A stretch of DNA of 41,145 nucleotides, from the IMG/VR virus record IMGVR_UViG_3300010362_000896, positions 1-41,145 of that record; one strand, written 5' to 3'. A program made the translations under genes and the position numbers. The notes under the pieces are model-generated. The model was not told where the DNA came from. It was given only the letters and a program-made list of their open reading frames with translations, and ran no database searches. Origin of the DNA: a virus. Its lineage: Duplodnaviria > Caudoviricetes. How positions within the stretch are numbered: position 1 is the stretch's first letter; each line of letters begins with the position of its first letter. Shown piece after piece: positions 9,357 through 18,147 of the stretch.

Positions 9357-9576
9357 GGTAGCCCTCCATGTACTGGCGGATGACGTCGGCTGCCGTGTCG
9401 TCCAGCGGCAACTCGCCGTTCATGACCCGTGCGACGTAGTTACCCTGCTTCTCCCTCGCCCGGGCTGGGCCAATCTTCTTCCTGCCCAGCGGGACCGCGT
9501 TCTTGTCGTCGTGGGCGACGATCTCCAGCGCCCTCGGCACCTCGCTCATGATTCGGCGCAGGTTGGCCCCTGGCAT
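9337..9576 (-). CDS. Hypothetical protein (MPGANLRRIMSEVPRALE...)
   Basis: GGAGGAG RBS just upstream of ATG at 9576. The longer ORF-track start (9825) lies inside the upstream gene. Confidence 0.65.
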   Translation of the reverse strand: MPGANLRRIMSEVPRALEIVAHDDKNAVPLGRKKIGPARAREKQGNYVARVMNGELPLDDTAADVIRQYMEGYHARFPR

Positions 9577-10099
9577 CGCTCTCCTCCTGCTCCTGTTCGA
9601 GCATGAACAGGTCACCACCGGTCTTGTCCATGACCTTGGTGCCCAGCGCGCGCGCCAGCCGCACCAGCGGCAGGACGAGCGCCGCCCTGACCTTGAAGGT
9701 GTCGACGGAGTCCCAGTCGGGCGGCTCCTCGACGGCCACCACATACGTGTCCCCGCGCCCAACGTACAGGGCGACCCTACGAGTAGCGGACTCATGGTTG
9801 GGGAAGCGCTGCACCTCGGGGCCATGCACGCTGGGCGCGGGTCGAGTCATGATAGCCGTTGCCGAAACGGGCTCGTCGTGCACGGGCTGGTCCTCCCACG
9901 GGTGGCCGTAGTCGTGCCCTGGCATGTGGTCTTCACCACACCGGTAGCACGGCGGCTTGGGGATGCGCGAGTTGTAGCCTGGCGTACCGGGGATCATCGC
10001 CAGGCTGTGCAGGTTGCCGCTGGCGGTGCGGATGTCAGCCGACGGCGCGGGCGCGCTCGGCCGCATGGCGTTAAACAGACCGAGCGCCTCGTCAGCCAT
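9440..10099 (-). CDS. Hypothetical protein with Cys/His knuckle (CYRCGEDH...H...H)
   Basis: Starts 13 nt after the portal stop with AGGA upstream; plausible codon usage. Confidence 0.65.
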   Translation of the reverse strand: MADEALGLFNAMRPSAPAPSADIRTASGNLHSLAMIPGTPGYNSRIPKPPCYRCGEDHMPGHDYGHPWEDQPVHDEPVSATAIMTRPAPSVHGPEVQRFPNHESATRRVALYVGRGDTYVVAVEEPPDWDSVDTFKVRAALVLPLVRLARALGTKVMDKTGGDLFMLEQEQEESDARGQPAPNHERGAEGAGDRRPRRQERGPAGQEEDWPSPGEGEAG

Positions 10100-10111
10100 C
10101 GGCCGATCCTA

Positions 10112-12088
10112 TCATCCGATCTGGCGTGTCTGTCCACGCCTGTCCGGTGGCTGATTGCCTGGCCGACCGGAGGTGCGCGCGCCGCCGAGCGAGCGAGTTG
10201 CCCGCGCCACGTCCTGGCCAGCCATGTCAGTACGCGGTACGGACACCCCGCCGCCCGACGGTGCGCCCGCCGCTGGCGGCTGCTGGGTCCCACCCTGCGG
10301 CGCCATCGGCGAGCGCGCTTGAGCCTGTTGACCCTGCTGCTCCAGCAGTTTCTGGCTGAGCGCAATAAAGCGTTCGGAATCTTCGCCAAACCAGTTCTTG
10401 ATACGCTCCAGGCCGACCTGCTCGATGACAAAGGGCAGGGCATCGACCGCCTCGCGCACAAGCTCGTCGAGCCACTCCTGGGGGTTGTCCGTGGCGCCGC
10501 TCAACTCGATTGACGTGCGGTGCGGGATCCACTTGTTGGCCTGCAGCGCCTGAAGGGCCTTCCATTGTTCGAGCATCGCGGGGTCGAGCCGTCGGCCCAG
10601 GCTGACTTCCCAGCCGTCCCAGTAGCCGTCAACGTCCTCGGGACGGATCGTGACCTCCCCCATGTCCTCGCCGTTACGGTCCTTACCCGGAACCGGAAGG
10701 GTGAGCCGATCCTGAAGGCACACTTCAAGCTGCATCGCCGCAAGCTCCAGGGCGCGTGTGATGCTGCGTACCAGAGCGTCCTTGGCCGATTCGATTTTGA
10801 GCGTGCGGATCGACTGGATGGCCCACAGTTGCTGGGCCGAGCGAGTCCCTTCGGCGCTCCGGGGCCCCTGCGCCACGCCGTTGCGCTGGATGTACTGGTC
10901 GACGACACCTGTCGTCTGGAGCAGTTCGTCAGGTACGGGCTGCCCTTCGAGCATCTGCAGGTACTCGCCGATGCGCTGGTCGATGGGGATGTACTGACCT
11001 GGCCGGATAGTAATCTCGCGCCCATCCTTGGTCCAACCGAGATACGTGCGCCAGGCGTTGATGGCCAGCATCCAGACCTGCATCGTGAGCACATTTGATT
11101 CGATGGGGTACAGCCCCGCCGCGTTGGTCAGCATGCCCCGGTAGCGCCGCTCGACGTCGTCGAAGGTCAGTTCTCGGAAGGGGACGATCACGTACGGCAT
11201 CTCGGGGTAGCCGTGCTCCGCGACGCCGCGATACGGACCCTCCCCCCCGACCTCGAACAGCGGGTGGTCGTTCAGGATCAGGCAGCGGTAGCGGCCCATC
11301 CACACGTCGTCGACGTAGACCAGTTCGTCGGGCAGCATGCCCCTGAGCGCGTGGGCCGTCTCGGCGTAGCGGTCGAAGGCGTGCAGCGCCTCGGTCTTGC
11401 TGGTCTGGTAGTGCTCGACGACCACCAGTAGCTCGCCATCGTCGGCCTCGCGCCACCTGACCACGCGCGGGTCCCGACGCTGGAAAACGATGGGGTTTTT
11501 GCGCCTGTGCCTGACTTCCCAGACCTCTTCGGGGTCGGCGTCCGACCAGGCTTCCTCGCGCGCGGCGAACTCCTCGTCGCTCTCGTCGGTCATCTGCTCG
11601 GGCTCGGGCCCGCGCGCCTCCATACCTGGCGGCTTGTGCGGCCACAGCGTGCGGTCGACCATGATGCGGAAGACCCCGACGCGCCTGATGACCATGTCGG
11701 TTGAGACCTGGCGCAGCACGTCCTTCTGCTTGCGCCAGTTGAACAGCATCGCCTTGCCGAAGCGGGTCAGCTTGTCAGCTTGCTTTCGATACTTCTGGCG
11801 GCTCCGGGCTGGCCGTACATGCACGGATACATCTGGAGGTACCAGCGAGTCGATTGCGGCGTCGGCGTCGGCAGGCGCCGAGCCCGTCTTGACTGCCAGC
11901 CGACCACCCGGTGATTCGACGTCGAACTGTTGGAAGTACAGGTCTTCCTCGCTCTCCATCGCCTCATCCAGGTCTCCCCATTCCGCCGCCAGGTGGTCGC
12001 GCCAGTAGCACACCTCCTCGTACGTCGGCTTGTCGTCGATCTCGTACCGGTACGCGCCGTCGGGGGTAACCGATTCAGGATCCATCAA
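10112..12088 (-). CDS. Portal protein (head-tail connector)
   Basis: 658 aa, coupled directly behind TerL. HGYPEMPYV...RYRGML segment resembles podovirus-type portals. Q/G-rich C-terminal tail. Confidence 0.8.
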   Translation of the reverse strand: MMDPESVTPDGAYRYEIDDKPTYEEVCYWRDHLAAEWGDLDEAMESEEDLYFQQFDVESPGGRLAVKTGSAPADADAAIDSLVPPDVSVHVRPARSRQKYRKQADKLTRFGKAMLFNWRKQKDVLRQVSTDMVIRRVGVFRIMVDRTLWPHKPPGMEARGPEPEQMTDESDEEFAAREEAWSDADPEEVWEVRHRRKNPIVFQRRDPRVVRWREADDGELLVVVEHYQTSKTEALHAFDRYAETAHALRGMLPDELVYVDDVWMGRYRCLILNDHPLFEVGGEGPYRGVAEHGYPEMPYVIVPFRELTFDDVERRYRGMLTNAAGLYPIESNVLTMQVWMLAINAWRTYLGWTKDGREITIRPGQYIPIDQRIGEYLQMLEGQPVPDELLQTTGVVDQYIQRNGVAQGPRSAEGTRSAQQLWAIQSIRTLKIESAKDALVRSITRALELAAMQLEVCLQDRLTLPVPGKDRNGEDMGEVTIRPEDVDGYWDGWEVSLGRRLDPAMLEQWKALQALQANKWIPHRTSIELSGATDNPQEWLDELVREAVDALPFVIEQVGLERIKNWFGEDSERFIALSQKLLEQQGQQAQARSPMAPQGGTQQPPAAGAPSGGGVSVPRTDMAGQDVARATRSLGGARTSGRPGNQPPDRRGQTRQIG

Positions 12089-14067
12089 TGCGCCACCGAC
12101 AGGTAAGAGCGTGGCTCATACGGCCCGCGCTGATGATAGGTGCGCATCTCCTCGATGAACATCCTGCCGCGCGACTGCGGCTGGCGCGCCAGGACCTCGG
12201 GCGGGGTGCGCTGCGGGATGACATTCTCGTCGATGTCGGGCTCGATGTGCGTATCCAGGTAGGAATAGCTGGCGGCGCCCTCGGGCTCGCCCTCAAAACG
12301 CTTTTTTACCCACACGTAGTAGCCCCACGCGTCCATCGAGTGGTTCATCCAGTCACGCGGCTTCTCCAGATAATTCTCGTTGGTCGATTTGGCGCGTTTG
12401 TCGTACGTGTAGACCTTGAACTCCTGGATGGTGTTGCTGCAGTGGCTATCGACGCGCATTCGGGCACAGGATCTGAGGTACCTGAGCGTTTCGCCCAGCA
12501 AATGCTCGTCGTTAAGTGACTCTTCGACCTGAATGACCAGGGCGCGCTGCTCGTCCTCGGGCAACAGGTGGTCGGACTCGGGTTCACAGCCCATGTCCTC
12601 CAGCAAAACGTTTACCCGGTGTCGATAGAAGCGGAAAAAGCGCACGGGGTCGCGCAATTGGTTCCTCTGGAAGGGGATGCGCTCGTAGATCTGCGGCTTT
12701 TTCTCGATGCAGTAGGCAGGGAAGCCCATGCGCTGCCAGCGGCGCATCTCCTCAGGCTGCGCCGAGTCGGTAATCATGTCCGAGATGCCTTCGATCTCCC
12801 ACTGCGGCAAGAGCGCCCCGTCGGGGCTGATCTGCCTGGCGCGCATCCACGGCCTGGAGCACAGAATCTCGGCCATCTCCTCGGTCGACCGATGAGTTTC
12901 ATAGACCTCGTCGAAGATGACGGTCATGTCCGTGTACTCCTGGATAGCCAGGATGGCATACGGGTTCGAACCGCCACTCGGATCCACGGCCAGAATGACC
13001 GGGAGGTCCGGATTGAAGTCCACGTCCGTGACGTGGACCTTCTCTTTGAACTCGGGGAAGACCCTGCTTCTCGAACTCGCGGGTATACCGCCGAACTGTT
13101 CGAGAAACTCGTATGGCTCCATCTCCTTAGCGGCCTGCGCGAGAGCAGGGGTCTGCCGGCCTTGCGGGAACGCGTAGAAATTGATCTCGTACGACGCGTC
13201 CTGGAACATCTCCCAGGCGGCCTCGGTCCCGTTCTTGTTCATCTCGGCACGGGCGTCGAGTGCCTTCTGATGGAAGAAATCGCCCTCGCCCTCCCACGAC
13301 GAGATGAGCAGCGCCTGGCCATTACGGTCCGTCAGTGGGGGCAGGATGGCCCGCGTCCACGCTTCAGGGTAGATCTGTGCCGCCTCGTCGATGATGGCCA
13401 GGTCGATGGCTGCACCTGCGGCAGTCCACACGTTCTCCAGTGAGATCCCCTCCAGCCGCGCGCCGTTGTCGAGCACGCACAGCTTCTCCTGGTTCGTGTC
13501 GCGCACGGTCCTGGTCTTCAGGCCGTGGTCGCGGACCATCTCCATGCACTTGTCGAATGCGCGCGAGACCAGCTTCATGGTCGGCGCGGCGAGCCAGATC
13601 CACGACCTCGGCCTGAGCCAGGCCACCCCGATGGCCTCCATGGCCGCCTCGGTCGTCTTGCCCCCGCGCCGCCCCCACGCGGCGATGCGGAACCTGGCCG
13701 TAGAACGAGCGAGGGCCTGCTGGCCAACCCAGTGGCCCGAAACGCCTCGACGGGCCCAGCCCTCGGTCTCGTCCTGCAGGGCATGATACTCACGTAAACG
13801 TTCGTCGGGCGTCGGCCGCTCGCCGATCCATCTGAGCCTGCGCTTCAGTTCAAGCTCGGCTTGCCCGTCCTCGGGCAGGAATAGGCCATGTGGCCTAAAG
13901 TTGAAGTGCCGGAACGCTTCGAATCGCTCTTCGGGCGTCACCGGTCGGAAGGGCGCGACGCGTGCGGCGGCGCGCTCTTCCCACTGCTTCAACCAATCAT
14001 CGGGGTTGCCCCTGCTGAGCTTCGAGAAATCGAGCCCAGCCAGGCCGTCGAGCGTGGTCTGGGGCAC
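12085..14067 (-). CDS. terL: Terminase large subunit
   Basis: Walker A AWGRRGGKT, Walker B AIIDEAA, coupling segment LLISS, RNase H-like VDPSG, C-terminal NHSMDAWGY. Confidence 0.93.
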   Translation of the reverse strand: MPQTTLDGLAGLDFSKLSRGNPDDWLKQWEERAAARVAPFRPVTPEERFEAFRHFNFRPHGLFLPEDGQAELELKRRLRWIGERPTPDERLREYHALQDETEGWARRGVSGHWVGQQALARSTARFRIAAWGRRGGKTTEAAMEAIGVAWLRPRSWIWLAAPTMKLVSRAFDKCMEMVRDHGLKTRTVRDTNQEKLCVLDNGARLEGISLENVWTAAGAAIDLAIIDEAAQIYPEAWTRAILPPLTDRNGQALLISSWEGEGDFFHQKALDARAEMNKNGTEAAWEMFQDASYEINFYAFPQGRQTPALAQAAKEMEPYEFLEQFGGIPASSRSRVFPEFKEKVHVTDVDFNPDLPVILAVDPSGGSNPYAILAIQEYTDMTVIFDEVYETHRSTEEMAEILCSRPWMRARQISPDGALLPQWEIEGISDMITDSAQPEEMRRWQRMGFPAYCIEKKPQIYERIPFQRNQLRDPVRFFRFYRHRVNVLLEDMGCEPESDHLLPEDEQRALVIQVEESLNDEHLLGETLRYLRSCARMRVDSHCSNTIQEFKVYTYDKRAKSTNENYLEKPRDWMNHSMDAWGYYVWVKKRFEGEPEGAASYSYLDTHIEPDIDENVIPQRTPPEVLARQPQSRGRMFIEEMRTYHQRGPYEPRSYLSVAH

Positions 14068-14183
14068 TACTTACAGCAGGAGCCTGGACCCTTGGCGGCG
14101 CCGTGGCTGCCTGATTTGACAGGCCCGACGGGCCTGCCTGGGCGCCCGCCCGACGAGTTGCCAGAGCGGATGATGGGCGGCAT
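14067..14183 (-). CDS. Small basic peptide (38 aa, MPPIIRSG...GSCCK)
   Basis: TGATG coupling upstream and TAGTG coupling to terL; GGAAAGAAG purine run before ATG. Confidence 0.5.
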   Translation of the reverse strand: MPPIIRSGNSSGGRPGRPVGPVKSGSHGAAKGPGSCCK

Positions 14184-14419
14184 CAGTACTTCTTTCCTTT
14201 CGGCGCGGCCTTGCGCGCGGGCGGCCTGCTCGCGCCTGCACCGCTCGACTTGGGCGCAGCGGCCTTGGCCTTGCGCTTCATCGGCGAGGGCGCGCGCGCG
14301 GGTCGGCGCGGAGTGACCGGCTTGGCGGCTGGCGGAGGGGGTGCGCCGCCCATGTCGGGCGTGCTGGTCATCGGCCCCGCGAACGGGTTGCTGGTCTGCG
14401 GCCTGCTGGGTGGAAACAT
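14183..14419 (-). CDS. Small basic Pro/Ala/Lys-rich protein
   Basis: TGATG coupling at both ends; histone-H1-like low-complexity composition. Confidence 0.6.
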   Translation of the reverse strand: MFPPSRPQTSNPFAGPMTSTPDMGGAPPPPAAKPVTPRRPARAPSPMKRKAKAAAPKSSGAGASRPPARKAAPKGKKY

Positions 14420-14481
14420 CAGTACTTACCCAGGTTCTTGCTCGACGGGATGCGCCCCGTACCCGCCTTGATCTGAGGCAC
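14419..14481 (-). CDS. Possible 20-aa basic peptide (MPQIKAGTGRIPSSKNLGKY)
   Basis: GTG start; its TGA overlaps the ATG of the next gene. Ends GKY, similar to the neighbour's GKKY. Confidence 0.35.
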   Translation of the reverse strand: MPQIKAGTGRIPSSKNLGKY

Positions 14482-14503
14482 GCAGCGTCCGCCGCTGCCG
14501 CCA

Positions 14504-14662
14504 CTACTTCCCTTTTTTGCCACTCTTGTTCCCTCCTGCGTTGGTGATGGCTGCTGCCCGGGCCTTACCGTACTTGCCCTTGAGCGCCTCGTATTGCTTG
14601 GGGTTCTTGACGAATCCGCCCTTGGCGGTCGTGAACCCTCCGTCAGCCTTCTTCCAGGGCAT
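14504..14662 (-). CDS. Small basic protein (MPWKKADGG...YEALKGKYGKARAAAITNA)
   Basis: GAGGTG RBS before ATG 14662. The YEALK...K..AA.I.NA pattern is typical of small phage proteins. Confidence 0.65.
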   Translation of the reverse strand: MPWKKADGGFTTAKGGFVKNPKQYEALKGKYGKARAAAITNAGGNKSGKKGK

Positions 14663-14810
14663 CACCTCACCCCCTGACACTGTGCACGAGAATCCATACC
14701 ACGGCGCCCAGCAGCATGAGCACCGAGACACACACCAGCAGACACGATGCAAGGGCGGGGCAGTCGGCCTGACCCTCGCGGTAGGGCACGCTCACGGCGG
14801 GCCATCATAC

Positions 14811-15059
14811 TCACTCTTTCTCCTGCTTGAGGTACGTCTCGCGGCCCGCCTTGGGCATCGGGTGCTGCTCCTGATACCAGGCATCGTAGTCCGCCACGCC
14901 GTGCTCCTTGAGCACGATCCCGCGCCAGTAGTCGCGCTCGTCCAGGACCTCGTTGATGCGCTTGTTCTTGGTGATCACGAGTTGCCTGAACAGAAAGGCA
15001 ATTGCCCCGGCCAGTGTCCCCAGGACCCCCGCGATGAGGACGACGATGTCAATTTGCAC
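14811..15059 (-). CDS. Single-TM membrane protein with coiled coil (holin/lysis accessory-like)
   Basis: N-terminal hydrophobic helix followed by ...INEVLDERDYWR; lies in the lysis cluster. Confidence 0.6.
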   Translation of the reverse strand: MQIDIVVLIAGVLGTLAGAIAFLFRQLVITKNKRINEVLDERDYWRGIVLKEHGVADYDAWYQEQHPMPKAGRETYLKQEKE

Positions 15060-15060
15060 A

Positions 15061-15945
15061 TCACGGTTTGGGCGCCTTGGTGGGCTTGGTCTCGGGCTTC
15101 CCAGGCGGCTGGCCAGGCGGGTTCTGGTTGCCAGGCTTGGGCGTCGCCGTCGGCGGCGGCACGGGCGTGGGGCGCGGGGTGGCGGTCGGCTGGGGCGGCA
15201 CGGGCGTCGCGCTCGGCGGCACAGGTTTTTGGGTGCTCGTCGGTTGCGCGGTTGCGGTCGGTGGGTTGGGTGTCGCCGTGGGGGGCTCAGGCTGCGGCTC
15301 CGGTGGCCTGGGCCTGGGCGTCTGGGTCGGTACCGGAGTAGCGCTTGCTTCCGGTACGGAAGTTCCGGTAGGCGTCGGCGTGGGCGGCTCGGCCTGCCCC
15401 CCTGAGGACGTCGGAGGGGGAGCAGGCTCGGCCGTTGCCTCGGGTGGCTCGTCAGACTCCTCTGGGACGGGTGTAACCAGAGGTTGAGGCAGTGGAGGCT
15501 CCACCTCGGCGGGCGCCTGTTCGAGCACCTCTGGCTCTTCGACGGGCGGGCTCACCTCGGGGGCTGGCTCGACGGCCAGGGAAGTGGCTGTCGGAGTCGG
15601 CACCGGAGGCGGGGGAGGCACGCGCGTCGGAGTCGGGGTGGGCGGCGGGGGCACAGGGGTTGGGGTGTCCGTCGGCGCGAGCGTCTCGGTCGGCGGGATG
15701 AGCACGGGCAGGGTGATAGCTGGCGCGGCAATAGTCACGCTCGGCTGCGGGGTGACCGTCCAGACGACCGTGGCCGTGGGCCCCACGGTCCAGGTCGGCG
15801 TGGGCGTCAAGCTCGGTTGCGGAGTCGGCTCAGGCATGGGCGGCGGGGGAGGGGGTTTGAAGGCCAGGATGAGCAGCCCCGCGCTGACACCGACCAGCCC
15901 GCCCAGACCGGTGAACGCGAAGGCGCTGAGCGTGCTGCGCCACAT
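15061..15945 (-). CDS. Membrane-anchored Pro/Thr-rich protein (PTATP repeats)
   Basis: N-terminal TM helix followed by about 260 aa of PT/PE low-complexity sequence. Confidence 0.7.
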   Translation of the reverse strand: MWRSTLSAFAFTGLGGLVGVSAGLLILAFKPPPPPPMPEPTPQPSLTPTPTWTVGPTATVVWTVTPQPSVTIAAPAITLPVLIPPTETLAPTDTPTPVPPPPTPTPTRVPPPPPVPTPTATSLAVEPAPEVSPPVEEPEVLEQAPAEVEPPLPQPLVTPVPEESDEPPEATAEPAPPPTSSGGQAEPPTPTPTGTSVPEASATPVPTQTPRPRPPEPQPEPPTATPNPPTATAQPTSTQKPVPPSATPVPPQPTATPRPTPVPPPTATPKPGNQNPPGQPPGKPETKPTKAPKP

Positions 15946-16149
15946 TCATCCTGGCACCTGCTCCATGCGGAGCCAGTACGCCTGCGGCTTGGCCCCGCTC
16001 TGCTCGCAGTTGGGGCAGTTGGCCTTGACGTCGGGCATCGGCGTGCCCACGTGGGCCTCGGACGGGATCGGGCACTGGTAGGTCGCCTGCCAGCGATGCT
16101 GGCAGTGCGGGCAGACCAGTTGCGCGGTGACCACGTCGGGGCAGATCAC
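15946..16149 (-). CDS. Zinc-ribbon protein
   Basis: CPHC...CPNC; GTGA overlap with the upstream gene. Confidence 0.6.
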   Translation of the reverse strand: MICPDVVTAQLVCPHCQHRWQATYQCPIPSEAHVGTPMPDVKANCPNCEQSGAKPQAYWLRMEQVPG

Positions 16150-16307
16150 AGCAGGCGCGCCACGGCCAGCGCCGCAATCAGGCCGAAGATGGTCACCGGG
16201 GTCATCGGCACGGCGCCGACCAGCCCGACGATGGCCACGATGAGCACGACGATGGCGATCAGTCCGCCGATGGTCAAGGGATACGCTCCTACGGTGGCGA
16301 CTCTCAC
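16146..16307 (-). CDS. Putative holin (two TM helices)
   Basis: GGAGG then GTG overlapping the endolysin stop; LTIGGLIAIVVLIVAIVGLVG and VTIFGLIAALAVARLL. Confidence 0.6.
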   Translation of the reverse strand: MRVATVGAYPLTIGGLIAIVVLIVAIVGLVGAVPMTPVTIFGLIAALAVARLL

Positions 16308-17041
16308 CAGCACGCCTCCAGTTCGAGGGCCTGGGCTAGCTGATCGAACCGCCCGCTGTCCCACCACCGGTCGCCGCAACAGCTTGGCCGTGAACTGGGT
16401 GAGATCACGTTGTGGCCCATCAGGTAGCGGATGCTCGGGTAGGTGCGCAGGGCTAGCTGGCATACGGCCAGCGTAGAGCCCCACTGGGCGTCGGTCACGG
16501 GCGTGGCGCCCGAGCCGTTGTCCTCGGTCTCGACGGTCACCGTCTGGTAGTTCGGATTGCTGCCATTGCCGGTAATCGAGACCCAGTCGTTCCCCGGTTC
16601 GAGCACCCCGTTGGCCCAACTGCCGTTGGAGAGCGCGACGTACTGGTGCTGCTCGCCCGCCAGCCCGATGCCGTAGTGCGAGGAGACCTGCGAGGCGGGG
16701 TTGCGGAACCAGCTATCGCACGAGGCCAGCGTGCCCGCCATGGTGTGGATGACGATGGCGATGACGGGCCAGCCCGCTCGGCCGTGGTAGTAGTTCGGGC
16801 TGCCGATCCAGACCGGGTTGGCCTCGGGCGGCGGCGGCTCGGGCAGGTCGTAGCACGGCGCCTGCGGGCTGATCTGGCCCGTCCAGCCAGGGTTCAGCCC
16901 GTACAGGATGGCCTCCAGGCTGTCTGCGCCGTAGTCGGCGGCCGTCCAGCGGCCCTCGTTCATCGCGTTCAGGCCCGCCGAGATGGCCGCCTGCTGGGCC
17001 TGTAGCTGGGTCAGTTGCTGGATCAGGGCGGGGTCGGCCAT
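16304..17041 (-). CDS. Endolysin, N-acetylmuramoyl-L-alanine amidase (Amidase_2 type)
   Basis: IVIHTMAG, VSSHYGIG, TVETE, GHNVI...SCCG Zn-amidase motifs; extra N-terminal domain of about 60 aa. Confidence 0.88.
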   Translation of the reverse strand: MADPALIQQLTQLQAQQAAISAGLNAMNEGRWTAADYGADSLEAILYGLNPGWTGQISPQAPCYDLPEPPPPEANPVWIGSPNYYHGRAGWPVIAIVIHTMAGTLASCDSWFRNPASQVSSHYGIGLAGEQHQYVALSNGSWANGVLEPGNDWVSITGNGSNPNYQTVTVETEDNGSGATPVTDAQWGSTLAVCQLALRTYPSIRYLMGHNVISPSSRPSCCGDRWWDSGRFDQLAQALELEACW

Positions 17042-17220
17042 CAGGGATACAGCGGGATCTCGGGCGAGGTGGTGATACCCGGGGTGAGCGCCTTGACGTA
17101 CGCGTCGACCGAGTCCTCGCCCGTCCAGCGCGCTTCGAGCGCGGCTTTCAGGGCAGCCGATTGCAGGCTCTGCTGGGCCTGTAGCTGGCTGATGATGGCG
17201 GCCATCTCTTCGTCACTCAT
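17041..17220 (-). CDS. 59-aa protein paralogous to the endolysin N-terminal domain
   Basis: MSDEEMAAIISQLQAQQSLQSAALKAALEARWTGEDSVDAYVKALTPGITTSPEIPLYP. GGGAGAG RBS; TGATG-coupled to the amidase. Below the ORF-track length cutoff. Confidence 0.75.
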   Translation of the reverse strand: MSDEEMAAIISQLQAQQSLQSAALKAALEARWTGEDSVDAYVKALTPGITTSPEIPLYP

Positions 17221-17258
17221 TCACGCTCTCCCTTCGGCGCACATAGTGAAGTAGTGCC

Positions 17259-17624
17259 TCAGGTCGTGGTCAGCAGGGCATTGGGCCCAACCCAGGTCGT
17301 GCCCTGGTTGTCGACGCCGTACGCGGCCACGTTGTACACGGTGGCGGGCCGTAGCTCGCGCAGCACGATGACCGCCGACGGTCCCGCGACCAGGTTCGTC
17401 TTGCGGTTGTAGCCGCCGGGACCCATGCCAGTGCCGAAGAACAGCCCGATCTTGCTGCCCGTGGCGCCAGGCCCGGTCATGGTCACCGTGGTCTGGCCCG
17501 TCGTCGGGGTCTGGCCCGTGAACGAAAGCGCGGTGAACAGGCTGACCGAGTACTTGGAGTCCTGGCACCAGTCGTACGCGTTCCAGCCGTAGCACGGATT
17601 GGGACGGCCAGTGGTGCCCGCCAT
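17259..17624 (-). CDS. Putative structural protein with FN3/Ig-like fold
   Basis: GGAGGT RBS; VLRELRPATVYNVAAYG resembles the FN3 L.P.T.Y signature. Confidence 0.6.
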   Translation of the reverse strand: MAGTTGRPNPCYGWNAYDWCQDSKYSVSLFTALSFTGQTPTTGQTTVTMTGPGATGSKIGLFFGTGMGPGGYNRKTNLVAGPSAVIVLRELRPATVYNVAAYGVDNQGTTWVGPNALLTTT

Positions 17625-17664
17625 CAGCACACCTCCGTGGGCGCGTGACTCGCTACGCGTGCCA

Positions 17665-18147
17665 TCAGGGCGTCGGGTAGGTGGTCATCTTGGGGTTGTA
17701 CTGAGCCCAGGTGTAGCTGGACCAGTTGCCAATCCCCCCGCCACCTGCGGGTCGCGTGCCGTCGCCAAACATGTTCCAGCGCACCGGGACGGCGTTGTTC
17801 TTGGCCACCGTGCGCGCGGCGCCGATGCGGACCGTGCCCTGGAACGGCCGCAGCGTCGGCGGTGGGGTGGTCAGCGAGGTGATCTCGTAGCCCATCACCT
17901 TGCCCTGCGCACTGGCCGTGAGCGGGCTGAGCGCGTAGCTGAAGGTGCGCCTGCCCAGGATGGCGCTGCCCTCCTGGCCGCCGGCAGTGACTGACGGGTT
18001 CTGGGCGTCCCAGACGGTGAAGCGCAGTTGGACCGCCTGGTCGGTCTCGACGGTGAAGACGACCGTATCGCCCGCCGCGTTGGGCGCGGCGGCGACGTTC
18101 GAGAGCGTGACGAAGGCGCTCGGGCCCATGACGATCTGCGGTGGCAT
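17665..18147 (-). CDS. Putative beta-rich structural protein
   Basis: TGATG coupling; beta-strand-like pattern. Confidence 0.6.
   Translation of the reverse strand: MPPQIVMGPSAFVTLSNVAAAPNAAGDTVVFTVETDQAVQLRFTVWDAQNPSVTAGGQEGSAILGRRTFSYALSPLTASAQGKVMGYEITSLTTPPPTLRPFQGTVRIGAARTVAKNNAVPVRWNMFGDGTRPAGGGGIGNWSSYTWAQYNPKMTTYPTP

Noticed and set aside
12085-14067. Intein or intron in the terminase
   Set aside because: The insertions are short and lack C/S...HN splice motifs and LAGLIDADG signatures.
14666-14805. Hydrophobic reading frame (CLLVCVSVLMLLGAVVWILVHSVRG)
   Set aside because: No convincing start codon or RBS in that frame; cannot be supported as a gene without read or homologue evidence.
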